Of a stretch of DNA of 64,000 nt, positions 1-8,959 are shown piece after piece. Origin of the DNA: Gemmatimonadales bacterium (lineage in GTDB: Bacteria; Gemmatimonadota; Gemmatimonadetes; Gemmatimonadales; GWC2-71-9). Position numbers and translations under genes: made by a program. Under the pieces are notes generated by a model that had not been told where the DNA came from, ran no database searches, and was given only the letters and a program-made list of their open reading frames with translations. The DNA lies in contig DATAVM010000090.1 of the NCBI GenBank assembly GCA_036267775.1, positions 1,172-65,171 on the forward strand. Direction: 5' to 3'. Within the stretch, counting starts at the first letter, position 1; the number at the start of each line of letters is the position of its first letter.

Positions 1-760
1 TCTCGAGCGCGGCCGGGACAATTCCCGACGCGATGATGGCGGAGACCGCTTCGCCCCCGGCGCGAATGCTGGGAAAGCCGGCAAGGAGTGTCACCACCTG
101 TTCCGGCAGCGGCGTCAAGCGGACCGTGATGGCGAGCGCGATGCCAAAGGTCCCTTCGCTGCCGGTAAAGAGGCCAACCAGATCCGGCCCCCAGCGTTCC
201 CCCTGCGCCGATCCCAGTGTCACCAGCTCGCCCGTGGCAAGCACGGCGTCGATCGCGACCACATGATTGGCGGTGACACCGTACTTGAGGCAATGCGGGC
301 CGCCGGCGTTTTCCGCGACGTTGCCGCCAATGGTGCACGCCACCTGGCTCGATGGATCGGGTGCGAAGTGGAGTCCGAAGGGTGCCGCCGCGTCGCTGAG
401 CGCCTGATTGACGACGCCCGGCTCCACCTGGGCGCGACGGTTGTCGGCGTCGATGGCGAGGATGCGATTGAGGCGGGTGAGCACGATCAGCGCGGCCGTG
501 TCATCGGCGAGCGCGCCGCCGCTCAGGCCGGTGCCGGCGCCGCGAGCGACAAAGGGGATGCGGTACTTGTGGAGGAGGCGCACGATCGCCACGACCTGCG
601 CCTGCGTGTCGGGCAGGATGACCAGCGCTGGAGGCACGCGGTGCGTGGGGAGCCCATCACTGCGATAGGCCGCCCGTTCGGTCTCGCGCACGCGATAGCC
701 GGCCGTACCAACGATCTCGGCCAGTTCGCGCAGGAAATCGGGAGAATGCGGTCGCGACAC
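1..760 (-). CDS. glcD: FAD-linked oxidase, GlcD-like (glycolate/D-lactate oxidase subunit). Only the N-terminal ~253 codons are present; the C-terminus lies beyond the left edge.
   Basis: Absent from the ORF track because it runs off the window. My minus-strand translation from GTG (758-760) reads VSRPHSPDFLRELAEIVG...VVAIVRLLHKYRIPFVARGAGTGLSGGA...FAPDPSSQVACTIGGNVAENAGGPHCLKYGVT...LFTGSEGTFG. This is colinear with the FAD-binding PCMH domain of E. coli GlcD. Confidence 0.85.
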   Translation of the reverse strand, partial: MSRPHSPDFLRELAEIVGTAGYRVRETERAAYRSDGLPTHRVPPALVILPDTQAQVVAIVRLLHKYRIPFVARGAGTGLSGGALADDTAALIVLTRLNRILAIDADNRRAQVEPGVVNQALSDAAAPFGLHFAPDPSSQVACTIGGNVAENAGGPHCLKYGVTANHVVAIDAVLATGELVTLGSAQGERWGPDLVGLFTGSEGTFGIALAITVRLTPLPEQVVTLLAGFPSIRAGGEAVSAIIASGIVPAALE

Positions 761-795
761 CCCGGAAGGATATCAGCCGGGGCTGCCAGGTGGTG

Positions 796-1686
796 TCAGG
801 CTACCCGGAATTCCCCCAGATAGCGGACCTCAGGGCAAGCGCGGAGCTTGATGAACGCCCGCTCCCGGAGCTGCCGGATCCGCTCGCGGGTGACACCGAG
901 GGCCACGCCGATCTCTTCCAGCGTGCGCGCTTCCTCGGTCGGATCCAGGCCGTAGTAGAGCGAGAGAATGCGGCGCTCGCGCGGCGTGAGGTACTGACGG
1001 AAGATCCGCTCGATGAAATCGCGGCGCAGGACCTCGTCGGTGTGCGTCTCGATCTCGGTCCCCTCACCAACAGGCAAGCGCTCGCCGAGCGAACTGGAAC
1101 GCATGTCGCCGGTGTCGAGCGGGGCATCGAGAGAGACCTCGGTCACAAAGAGGCGCTTGGCGTCGCGGACCTCGCCGACCGAAAGCCCAAGGGCCGTGGC
1201 GAGTTCCTCGTCGCTGGGCGTGCGCCCCAGTTCCTGGGCCAGAAGGCCCTGCGCCTTGGCAAAGCGCACCACTGCCGTATTCTGGTTGAGCGGAAAGCGC
1301 ACCGACCTCGTCTGCTCGGCGAGCGCCTTGAGCACGGCCTGGCGGACCCACCACACCGCGTACGAAATGAACTTGACGCCGCGCTCGGGATCGAACTTCC
1401 GCACGGCCCGCAACAGCCCTTCGTTGCCGATGGCCACCAGATCGGAGAGATCGAGGCCGTGGCCCTGATAGCGCTTCACAAAGGCGATGACAAAGCGGAG
1501 GTTGGCGGTGACGAGACGCTCGGCCGCGTCAGGGTCGCCATCGCGGGCCCGGCGCGCCAGCCGCCGCTCCTCTTCGACACTGCCGATCATCGGCAGGTCC
1601 TTGATGTCGCGCAGATACTGCTCGAACGATTCGGCGGCGGCCACAGGCGGACGAGTCCGCACCGGCACACGGGGACGACGGGGCAT
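796..1686 (-). CDS. RNA polymerase sigma factor, sigma-70 family (RpoD-related, no region 1.1)
   Basis: 296 aa. Region 2 is ANLRFVIAFVKRYQGHGLDLSDLVAIGNEGLLRAVRKFDPERGVKFISYAVWWVRQAV. A region 3 segment is present. The region 4.2 HTH is TLEEIGVALGVTRERIRQLRERAFIKLR. Confidence 0.9.
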   Translation of the reverse strand: MPRRPRVPVRTRPPVAAAESFEQYLRDIKDLPMIGSVEEERRLARRARDGDPDAAERLVTANLRFVIAFVKRYQGHGLDLSDLVAIGNEGLLRAVRKFDPERGVKFISYAVWWVRQAVLKALAEQTRSVRFPLNQNTAVVRFAKAQGLLAQELGRTPSDEELATALGLSVGEVRDAKRLFVTEVSLDAPLDTGDMRSSSLGERLPVGEGTEIETHTDEVLRRDFIERIFRQYLTPRERRILSLYYGLDPTEEARTLEEIGVALGVTRERIRQLRERAFIKLRACPEVRYLGEFRVA

Positions 1687-1826
1687 CGGGGGCCCATTCG
1701 ACGGCTGAATTGAGTTGGGAAGATTACGGAACTACGAGTCACAAGATGGGAGTCCGCGCGCCGATGTCAAGAGGCTGTAACTATGTACGCTGCAATGACT
1801 TGACTCAGTGGTGGCTGGCCAATTTC

Positions 1827-1865
1827 TGCACATCTTCCACAGTGGGAATGTCCACATGATGTGCA
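1827..1865. promoter_or_regulatory. Inverted repeat (8-nt arms TGCACATC / GATGTGCA, 23-nt spacer with an inner ccac/gtgg pairing) in the lower-GC leader upstream of the sigma-factor gene
   Basis: Read directly from the sequence: tgcacatc at 1827-1834 and gatgtgca at 1858-1865 are exact reverse complements. The repeat lies about 140-180 nt upstream of the sigma start codon (1686). Confidence 0.25.
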
Positions 1866-1950
1866 GGAATGGTGCAAGCGCATATGCAACAACGGGATCG
1901 ATGCATGATCTGCGGGGACACAATGTGCGTAAACGCACGGCGCCGCGGAA

Positions 1951-3024
1951 TCAGTGCGCCATCAGCGCCTCGAGCGCTTCGAGATCGAGGGGAAAGGTCC
2001 AGATGTCGGCGCCGGCATCGGCCACTTCGCCAAAGCTCGCGAGGAGTGCTGCGCGCACCGTGCCGGCGCGATTTTTCTTGTCGCTGCCCATCGCCGCGAT
2101 GAGCGATGCGGCGGTGATGTTGCCCGGCAGATCGACCGGCAATCCGAGCCGTGTGAAGAGCTGCGCGATGCGATCGGCTGTGCCGGGTGTTGCCACGCGC
2201 ATCGCTTCGGCCACGCGGGTTTCGAGGACGAGTCCAATCGCGACGGCCTCACCGTGCGGGACTGCGTAGTCGGTCACCCGTTCGAGCGCGTGTGCGATGG
2301 TGTGACCGGCATTCAGCACCGCGCGCCGGCCCTGTTCGCTTTCATCGTCCATCACCACTTCCGCCTTGAGCTCCACGCTGCGGCGCACGAGCGACTCGAG
2401 TGTGACGGGATCACGGTCGGCGATGAGGTCGGAATGCGCGGCGATCCAGTCGGCGTAGCGCGGATCGAGCGCGACTGCGTGCTTGACCGCTTCAGCGAGC
2501 CCCTCGCGAAAGATGCGCGCCGGCAGCGTGGTCAGTGTCGCCGGATCGCACAGCACCGCGCTTGGCGGATGCACCGCGCCCACGAGATTCTTGCCGGCGG
2601 CGGTATCCACGCCAGTCTTGCCGCCCACCGCGGCGTCCAGCATGGCGAGCGTGGTGGTGGGCACGGCAATCCACGGCACACCGCGCAGGAATGTGGCGGC
2701 GACAAACCCGGCGAGATCGGTGGTGACACCGCCGCCGAAGGCGACGATGACGGTGTCGCGGCCAAAGTGCGCCGCCATGAGCTGATCGGTGAGCGTGCTC
2801 CAGGTGGCGCGCGTCTTGTGGCGTTCGCCGGCGGGGAAGGTGAACACCGGCGCCGCGGCCAGCGGCGAAGGCAGGAGCTCGGCCACGGTTGCGTCGGCAA
2901 TGACCACGGGGCGCGCGTGCGGATGACGCTCTTCCACCAGTTGCGGCACGTCGGCGCAGCCACCACTGCGAACAATGACTGCGTAACTCCCGGCGGAGTG
3001 CCGCACGACGAGCGGAGTTACCAC
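1951..3024 (-). CDS. aroB: 3-dehydroquinate synthase
   Basis: 357 aa. Motifs: GGGVTTDLAGFVAATFLRGVPWIAVPTT, LNAGHTIAHALE, HGEAVAIG. Confidence 0.9.
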   Translation of the reverse strand: MVTPLVVRHSAGSYAVIVRSGGCADVPQLVEERHPHARPVVIADATVAELLPSPLAAAPVFTFPAGERHKTRATWSTLTDQLMAAHFGRDTVIVAFGGGVTTDLAGFVAATFLRGVPWIAVPTTTLAMLDAAVGGKTGVDTAAGKNLVGAVHPPSAVLCDPATLTTLPARIFREGLAEAVKHAVALDPRYADWIAAHSDLIADRDPVTLESLVRRSVELKAEVVMDDESEQGRRAVLNAGHTIAHALERVTDYAVPHGEAVAIGLVLETRVAEAMRVATPGTADRIAQLFTRLGLPVDLPGNITAASLIAAMGSDKKNRAGTVRAALLASFGEVADAGADIWTFPLDLEALEALMAH

Positions 3025-3569
3025 GTCACGTCGCCACTGCCGTCGCGATGATTGGTCAGGCGCGCCAGCGCAAAGAGCAGATCCGACAGGCGATTGATAT
3101 AGACCAGAAAGAGCTCGGGAACGGTGTCGCCGCGGGCCAACGTGACAATGCTGCGCTCGGCACGCCGGCAGATCGTCCGCGCCATGTGCAACGCGGCGGC
3201 CTTGGCGGTGCCGCCGGGAAGGACAAACGCCTTGAGCGGCGGGAGCTCATCGGACGCGGTATCGATGGTCGCTTCGAATTCGGCGATGCGATCGGGCGAC
3301 AGCGTGGCGCGCGCGAGCGCTTTCTTTACCCGTTCCGGATCGGGTGTGGCGAGATGTCCGCCGATGGTGAAAAGATCGCGCTGGATCGATTCGAAGAGGG
3401 CGTCATGGAAGTCGGCGGGGGCGGTGGCGCGAACCACGCCGATCGCGGCGTTGAGTTCGTCGACGTCACCGTACGCGCTGACGCGAAGATGATCCTTGGA
3501 CACGCGGCCGCCGCCAAACAGTGCGGTATCGCCGGTGTCGCCGGTGCGGGTGTAGATCCGGTCGGCCAT
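3018..3569 (-). CDS. ATP:cob(I)alamin adenosyltransferase, PduO type
   Basis: Track frame 3018..4139 trimmed to the ATG at 3567-3569. MADRIYTRTGDTGDTALFGGGRVSKDHLRVSAYGDVDELNAAIG is the canonical N-terminus of this family. 183 aa. Overlaps the aroB start by 7 nt. Confidence 0.85.
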   Translation of the reverse strand: MADRIYTRTGDTGDTALFGGGRVSKDHLRVSAYGDVDELNAAIGVVRATAPADFHDALFESIQRDLFTIGGHLATPDPERVKKALARATLSPDRIAEFEATIDTASDELPPLKAFVLPGGTAKAAALHMARTICRRAERSIVTLARGDTVPELFLVYINRLSDLLFALARLTNHRDGSGDVTW

Positions 3570-3582
3570 GGGCCAAGTATAG

Positions 3583-4980
3583 CTAGCGCGCGGCGCGTGC
3601 CGCATGGATCGCGGCCAGCATCTCGGGGACGGAGACGATCTTCTCTCGCGGGCGTCCGGCCTGCGCTCCGCGATCACGCTCGGCCTGATCGAGCACGACC
3701 CAGTCGGCCCAGGTGGTGACATCGACGCCGGCGTCGGCAAGCTCCTGATCGAGCAATGCCGGGCTTCCCGACGCTGGGGCAAGGCGTCCCGACACCGCGT
3801 CGGCCAGCAGATGATCCACCGTCTCGGCGGCGTCCGTCTTGTTGGTGCCGATGATGCCGTGCGGGCCGCGCTTGATCCAGCCGCAGACGTATACGCCGCG
3901 CACGAATGTGGCGCTCCCCGGCGATTCGACCACGCGGCCACTGGCGTTGGGCACGATGCCGCGTTGCTGGTCAAACGGCAGCCCCGCGATGGCTGTCCCG
4001 CGGTAGCCCACCGAGCGGAAGATGAGCCCGACCGGGACTTCGCGAATGGCGTCGGTCGGTTCGGCGCGCACGCTGCCGCGCCCGTCGGGGACCAGTTGAT
4101 TGCGCACGACCCGGAGCACGGCGACGCGTCCCTCGCCAATCAGCTCGAGCGGCGACACGCAGAAATGAAAGACGATGCGTCGTGGCGCATCGGTGCTGCC
4201 GCGCTCGGCCCAGTGGCGGAAGAGAGCGATGTTGTTTTCGGTCGTGCGATCGTGGTCTTCGGCCAGATGGCGCGCGCTGATCGGATCGAGGTCGAGATCG
4301 GCGGGATCGACGATGACGTCGACCCCGGGAATCTCGCCGAGCTCTTTGAGCTCAGGTGTGGTGCACGCTGCCTGCACTGGTCCGCGACGCGCGAGAATGT
4401 GCACAGCATTGAGACGGCTCGTGCCGAGCTCCGCGAGTGCGGTCGCGGCGAGATCGGTGCCGGCGAGTTGATCGGCGGGCGTGAGCAGAATGCGCGTGGT
4501 GTCCATCGCGACGTTGCCGATCCCGATGACCGCGGCGGATTGCTGCGCGAGATCAAAGCGCCGATCGGCATATGACGGATGTCCGTTGTACCAGCCCACG
4601 AGCTCGGTGGCCGAATGACTGCCTTCGAGAAACTCTCCCGGGATGTCGAGATGACGATCGAGTTCCGCGCCGACCGCGTAGATCACCGCGTCAAAGTGCT
4701 GGCGGAGCTGTTCGTGCGAGAGGTCTTCGCCCACCGTCACATGCCCCACGAAACGGAACCCCGGTTGCGACGCGATGCGATCGAACACGCGGCTCACCGA
4801 TTTGATCTTGGGGTGATCGGGTGCAACGCCGCCGCGGACCAGGCCGAATGGCGTGGGGAGCCGGTCAAACATGGTGATCTGCACTCCGGGCGCAGCCTTC
4901 TGCAGTGACTCGGCGGCGTAGAAGCCGGCCGGGCCAGATCCGATGATCGCGACGCGGAGTTCGGTGAGCGGAATGGACAC
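3583..4980 (-). CDS. fprA: Ferredoxin--NADP(+) reductase, adrenodoxin-reductase (FprA) type
   Basis: Track frame 3583..5238 trimmed to the GTG at 4978-4980. RVAIIGSGPAGFYAAESL is the dinucleotide-binding fold. The protein is colinear with mycobacterial FprA (GVAPDHPKIK, RRGPVQAA, WIKRGPHGIIGTNK). Confidence 0.85.
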   Translation of the reverse strand: MSIPLTELRVAIIGSGPAGFYAAESLQKAAPGVQITMFDRLPTPFGLVRGGVAPDHPKIKSVSRVFDRIASQPGFRFVGHVTVGEDLSHEQLRQHFDAVIYAVGAELDRHLDIPGEFLEGSHSATELVGWYNGHPSYADRRFDLAQQSAAVIGIGNVAMDTTRILLTPADQLAGTDLAATALAELGTSRLNAVHILARRGPVQAACTTPELKELGEIPGVDVIVDPADLDLDPISARHLAEDHDRTTENNIALFRHWAERGSTDAPRRIVFHFCVSPLELIGEGRVAVLRVVRNQLVPDGRGSVRAEPTDAIREVPVGLIFRSVGYRGTAIAGLPFDQQRGIVPNASGRVVESPGSATFVRGVYVCGWIKRGPHGIIGTNKTDAAETVDHLLADAVSGRLAPASGSPALLDQELADAGVDVTTWADWVVLDQAERDRGAQAGRPREKIVSVPEMLAAIHAARAAR

Positions 4981-6458
4981 TAAGGTTTGCCCAGCGCGAG
5001 CACGACGCTGTCGATGGCGGCGATGATGCGGCTGTTGGACAGCGTGTGGTGATTGGCCATGACGGAGAATATCAGCGTATTGCCATCGGGGCGCTCGACG
5101 TACCCGCTGAGCGTGGCCACATGGGTGATGGTGCCGGTCTTGGCCCGCACCCGGCCCTCGAGCGGGGTGCGCACAAAGCGGTCCTTGAGCGAACCCGGTT
5201 TGCCGCTCTGGGGGAGGCCCGCGGCAAATGCGGTCCACGCCGGCCGCTGCCGGACAAATCGCAGCAGCTGGGTAAAGGCATGCGGGCTGATCAGGTTAGC
5301 CGCAGCGAGTCCCGAGCCGTCGTCGAGGGAGAACGCCGTGGAATCCACTCCGACCGAGTCGATGAGAAAGCGGCGTTCGATACGACAGCCTTCGCTCCAC
5401 GATCCATTCGTGCCCCGTTGCCGTGCCACCTGCTTGAGGAGCATTTCGGCAAACCAGTTCTGCGAGGTGTTGAGAATCGGCACAAGCCAGTCGCTCAGCG
5501 GCCGCGACCGCACCTCGGCCAGTGGCGTGGTGAGGCGTGCCGCAACAAATGCGAGCGAATCGAAGGTCGAGCGCGTTCCGCCGCGCACGGTGATCCCCGC
5601 GGCGAGCAGCGCCCGGCGAAATGCGAGTGCGGCGTAGCGCGCCGGATCCTTGATCGCGGCGAATTCGGTCTTGTCCGGAATGCCGCGCGGCAGGACACCG
5701 GTGGCGAGATAGGTCAGCCCGTCGGCGCTGCGAAAGAGATCGAAAGTGCGCGTGTCGGAGTGCAGGCCAAGCACGGCGCGGTTGTCGAGGGTGAACGCGC
5801 CGACGTCGGGTGCCAGTGTGATCTGCGCCGGCCGGCCCGCGGAATCGCTCGCCACTTCATGCACGTCGACGGCGTTGTCGTTGAAACCCAGCCCCGACAC
5901 TGGCGCCGCGTACCACCAGCCCAGATCGTAATTCTCCCAGTCCGGGTGGACGAGCGTCGGCTCGAAATACGAGCCATCGCCGATCAGATCGCCTGCGATC
6001 ACACGAATGCCGCGCGCGTGCAGCGCTTGCGCGAGTGTGTCGAGCTTGCTCGCTGGGTTGTGATCGCAGACGCCAGCGCGCGTGGTGTCGATGTCATAGC
6101 ATCGATTGGAAAAGGTCGGATCGCCGCGACCATAGAGCACCAGGTTGCCTTGCAGCGTGCCGTCGATGACAGGCCCGGTGCCGTACACCGACGTGGTCAC
6201 GGTGAAGCTGGTGCCGAGGAGGGTCGCGGCGGTGATGGTGACGACGAGCTTGGTGTTGCTCGCGGGAATGAAGAGGCGGTCGCCGTTGCGCTCGTAGAGC
6301 ACCTTGCCGGTCGTGTCGGTGACCGTGACCCCCCACAACAGCCGGTCGAGGCCCGGCGCGTCGAGGCGGTGGTCAATGCGCGCGCCAAGCGACTGTGCGC
6401 CGAGTGGCGACAGCGTGGCAGCAAGCAGGAGGGTCGCGAGACTAGATGGCCTGTTCAT
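4980..6458 (-). CDS. dacB: D-alanyl-D-alanine carboxypeptidase/endopeptidase (PBP4, peptidase S13)
   Basis: 492 aa. Signal peptide MNRPSSLATLLLAATLSPLGAQS. SxxK active site in IPASNTKL. C-terminal KTGT (RAKTGTITHV). The TAG stop overlaps the fprA GTG by 1 nt. Confidence 0.85.
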   Translation of the reverse strand: MNRPSSLATLLLAATLSPLGAQSLGARIDHRLDAPGLDRLLWGVTVTDTTGKVLYERNGDRLFIPASNTKLVVTITAATLLGTSFTVTTSVYGTGPVIDGTLQGNLVLYGRGDPTFSNRCYDIDTTRAGVCDHNPASKLDTLAQALHARGIRVIAGDLIGDGSYFEPTLVHPDWENYDLGWWYAAPVSGLGFNDNAVDVHEVASDSAGRPAQITLAPDVGAFTLDNRAVLGLHSDTRTFDLFRSADGLTYLATGVLPRGIPDKTEFAAIKDPARYAALAFRRALLAAGITVRGGTRSTFDSLAFVAARLTTPLAEVRSRPLSDWLVPILNTSQNWFAEMLLKQVARQRGTNGSWSEGCRIERRFLIDSVGVDSTAFSLDDGSGLAAANLISPHAFTQLLRFVRQRPAWTAFAAGLPQSGKPGSLKDRFVRTPLEGRVRAKTGTITHVATLSGYVERPDGNTLIFSVMANHHTLSNSRIIAAIDSVVLALGKP

Positions 6459-7371
6459 GGCGGACCCTCGGGTCGGCGGCGGTGTAGCAGAGGTCAGTGA
6501 TCAGGTTGGCCAGCACAAAGATGAGCGAAAGAAAGAGAATGCTTCCCTGAATTGCCGGAAGGTCGCGCTTGTCGATGGCGGTGAGCACGTAACGGCCAAC
6601 ACCGGGCCACGAGAAGATCGTCTCGGTCAGAATCGAACCGGTGAGATAGGATCCGAAGTCGAGGCCGATGACGGTGATGATCGGCAGGAGCGCCATGCCG
6701 AGCGCATGACGGATCACCACGCCGCCGGGCGAGAGTCCCTTGGCGCGTGCGGTGCGCACCGGATCACTCTGCAGTGCTTCCTGCATGGCCGAGCGCGTCA
6801 TGCGGGCGAGAAAGGCGACCGAGCGCGTGCCGAGTGTCACGGCCGGGAGCACCAGAAAGAGTGGGCCGCCATATCCGGATGGCGGAAACCAGTGGACGAC
6901 GACCGCAAAGCACAGAATCAGCAGCAAGCCGACCCAGTACACCGGAAACGAGATCCCGAGGTACGCGCCCATCGTCGCGATGCGATCGCCGAGCGAGCCC
7001 GGACGGAGTGCGCCGAAGATGCCCGCGGTGAGACCGAGCACGATCGCGAGCGCCATGGCCGAGCCGGCGAGCTTGAGCGTAGCGGGGAAGCGGTGGATCA
7101 GCTCGCTCGCGATGGGGCGGCGCGTGATGTAGCTCGTGCCGAGATCGCCGCGGGCCACACCGGCGACATAGCGGCCAAAGCGCACGTAGAGCGGATCGTC
7201 GAGGTGCAGCTGGCGGCGCACGCGCACCACGGTAGCGCTGTCGGCGCGTTCGCCGATGATGGCGGACACGGGATCGCCGGGTGCGAGATAGAGCAGGGCA
7301 AAGGTCACCGCCAGCACACCCAGGAGCGTGGGAATCAGCAACAGCAGGCGGAGAGCGGTATAGCGGATCAT
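6442..7371 (-). CDS. ABC transporter permease, peptide/nickel (DppB/OppB-like) family
   Basis: 309 aa, multi-pass membrane protein. N-terminal MIRYTALRLLLLIPTLLGVLAVTFALLYLAPGDP and the permease signature region TARAKGLSPGGVVIRHALGMALLP are both typical of DppB/OppB. Confidence 0.85.
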   Translation of the reverse strand: MIRYTALRLLLLIPTLLGVLAVTFALLYLAPGDPVSAIIGERADSATVVRVRRQLHLDDPLYVRFGRYVAGVARGDLGTSYITRRPIASELIHRFPATLKLAGSAMALAIVLGLTAGIFGALRPGSLGDRIATMGAYLGISFPVYWVGLLLILCFAVVVHWFPPSGYGGPLFLVLPAVTLGTRSVAFLARMTRSAMQEALQSDPVRTARAKGLSPGGVVIRHALGMALLPIITVIGLDFGSYLTGSILTETIFSWPGVGRYVLTAIDKRDLPAIQGSILFLSLIFVLANLITDLCYTAADPRVRHEQAI

Positions 7372-8900
7372 GGCGTGATCGAGACCGTGGTCCAGCGCTG
7401 GCCGGTAAAGACGAGCGGGTAGCGCCAGCCGTGGACCTCAGGGCGCATGGCCCAGAGGTCGGTGGGGAACCAGCAGAAGATCCACGGCGCGAGCGCAAAG
7501 ACACGCGCATCGATGTCGCGCAGCAGGCGGACCTTGGTCAGCGAGTCGGGTGTGGTGCGCGCCTGGATAAGCAGGGAATCGAGTGCGGCATTGTGGAGAA
7601 AGGCGTAGTTGCCGCCGGTGCCGGCGTTGCCGGAATAGAAAAGCGGATAGCTGAAGTCTTCGCCATCGGGGTAGTCGGCAAACCAGTCGCTGAGAAAGAG
7701 ATCGGCCTCGCCGTTGCGAGCGGCGGCGCGTGCGGTGGAGGGATCACGCTCCACCACTTCCACCGTGACGCCGACGTCGGCCAGGTCGGACTGGATCGCC
7801 TGCGCAATGCGCGCGAACTCGGCCTTGGGCGTGCGCCAGAGCTGGAGATGGAGATCGTGCGCGTGGCCGGCGGCGGCCAGGAGCGCACGCGCGCGGGCCG
7901 GATCGAAGGCGTAGCGTTTGCGCGTGCTGTCGTAGCCGTCGAGCCCCGGCGGGATGCTGCCGGCGGCGAGCACGCCGCGGTTGTGCATCACGCGCGTGAG
8001 GATCGCGGGGATGTTGATGGCATGGTTGAGCGCCTGTCGCACGCGCACGTCGGCGAGTGCGCCGCGGGTGGTGTTGATCGCCACGTACCAGTCCTCAAGC
8101 GAGGCGCGCCGCTGGATCTCGGGGCCGTGTTCCCGTTCCCAGCGCTCGGTCTCACCCACGGGAATGTCGACCACCGACAACCGGCCCGCTTCGTATTCGG
8201 CGCCCTGCGTGAAGGGCTCGGGGATAATGCGAATGCGCAGGGTATCGCTCAGCGCTGGACCACCCCACCAGTGGTCGTTGCGGGCGAGAACAAGGAGGTC
8301 GTCGTGCGACCACGAGACAAAACGCCACGGCCCGCTGCCAATCGGCGCGTCGCCAAAGTTGGCGGGCGTGGGGGTCGGCACGATCGCCGCGACCGGCATG
8401 GCGAGAAGCTTGGGGAAGATGTTGAGCGGCGCCGTCAGCCTGAAGGCGAGGGTCGAGTCGTCGACGACCATGAGGCCCGCGAGGTGTGACGCGCCGGAGT
8501 CCACCACCGCTCCCGCGCCGGCGATCGGCAACAGCGGCCAGACGCGGCCGCCTTCGTTGCCCATGCGCAGCGCTCTCAGGAACGACGCGACAATCGCGGC
8601 GGCATCGAGCGGCCGTCCGTCATGAAAGGTCACCCCCGGCCTGAGGCGAAAGGTCCAGGTGGCGCCGTCGGGCGAGGGCCACCAGCGGCTGGCGAGGCCG
8701 GGAATCAGGCGGCCTTCGACGTCGAACTGCGTCAGGTTGTCAAACAGGAGTGTGACAGCCTCGCCGGTGGGGACGTCCGTGGACAGCGCCGGGTCGAGCG
8801 AGCGCGGGTCCGCGTCCCACGAGTACTTGAGGCCGGGCGGAATTCCGCTGCCACAGGCGGCCAGAAGGAGGGCCAGAAGGACCGCGGCGGGGCGGGGCAT
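7368..8900 (-). CDS. ABC transporter substrate-binding lipoprotein, family 5 (peptide/nickel, DppA/OppA-like)
   Basis: Track ORF is 7368..8984. I prefer the ATG at 8898-8900, which gives the lipoprotein signal MPRPAAVLLALLLAAC. The remainder has SBP family-5 length and layout (about 510 aa). Overlaps the permease start by 4 nt. Confidence 0.8.
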   Translation of the reverse strand: MPRPAAVLLALLLAACGSGIPPGLKYSWDADPRSLDPALSTDVPTGEAVTLLFDNLTQFDVEGRLIPGLASRWWPSPDGATWTFRLRPGVTFHDGRPLDAAAIVASFLRALRMGNEGGRVWPLLPIAGAGAVVDSGASHLAGLMVVDDSTLAFRLTAPLNIFPKLLAMPVAAIVPTPTPANFGDAPIGSGPWRFVSWSHDDLLVLARNDHWWGGPALSDTLRIRIIPEPFTQGAEYEAGRLSVVDIPVGETERWEREHGPEIQRRASLEDWYVAINTTRGALADVRVRQALNHAINIPAILTRVMHNRGVLAAGSIPPGLDGYDSTRKRYAFDPARARALLAAAGHAHDLHLQLWRTPKAEFARIAQAIQSDLADVGVTVEVVERDPSTARAAARNGEADLFLSDWFADYPDGEDFSYPLFYSGNAGTGGNYAFLHNAALDSLLIQARTTPDSLTKVRLLRDIDARVFALAPWIFCWFPTDLWAMRPEVHGWRYPLVFTGQRWTTVSITP

Positions 8901-8959
8901 CGGACTCCGGCTGGCGGCAAAAGGTTGGCGTAACCCCTTCAAGAAACCAGATTTAGGAG

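Noticed and set aside
1732-1938. 68-aa ORF inside the sigma-factor upstream region
   Set aside because: Its codon third positions are not G/C-biased as in real genes here. It has no start context and no recognisable features. The region is treated as non-coding leader/promoter.
6431-6470. Looked for inverted repeats shared between 6.43-6.47 kb and 46.69-46.74 kb that would mark the hypothesised inversion breakpoints
   Set aside because: No convincing similarity was seen by eye. The inversion idea therefore rests only on gene order and orientation, and is reported as inference.
5046-7422. Plus-strand ORFs of 484 aa (5046..6500) and 372 aa (6304..7422)
   Set aside because: They are antisense to dacB and the DppB-like permease. 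No motifs are present. The minus-strand products have an SxxK active site and a permease signature.
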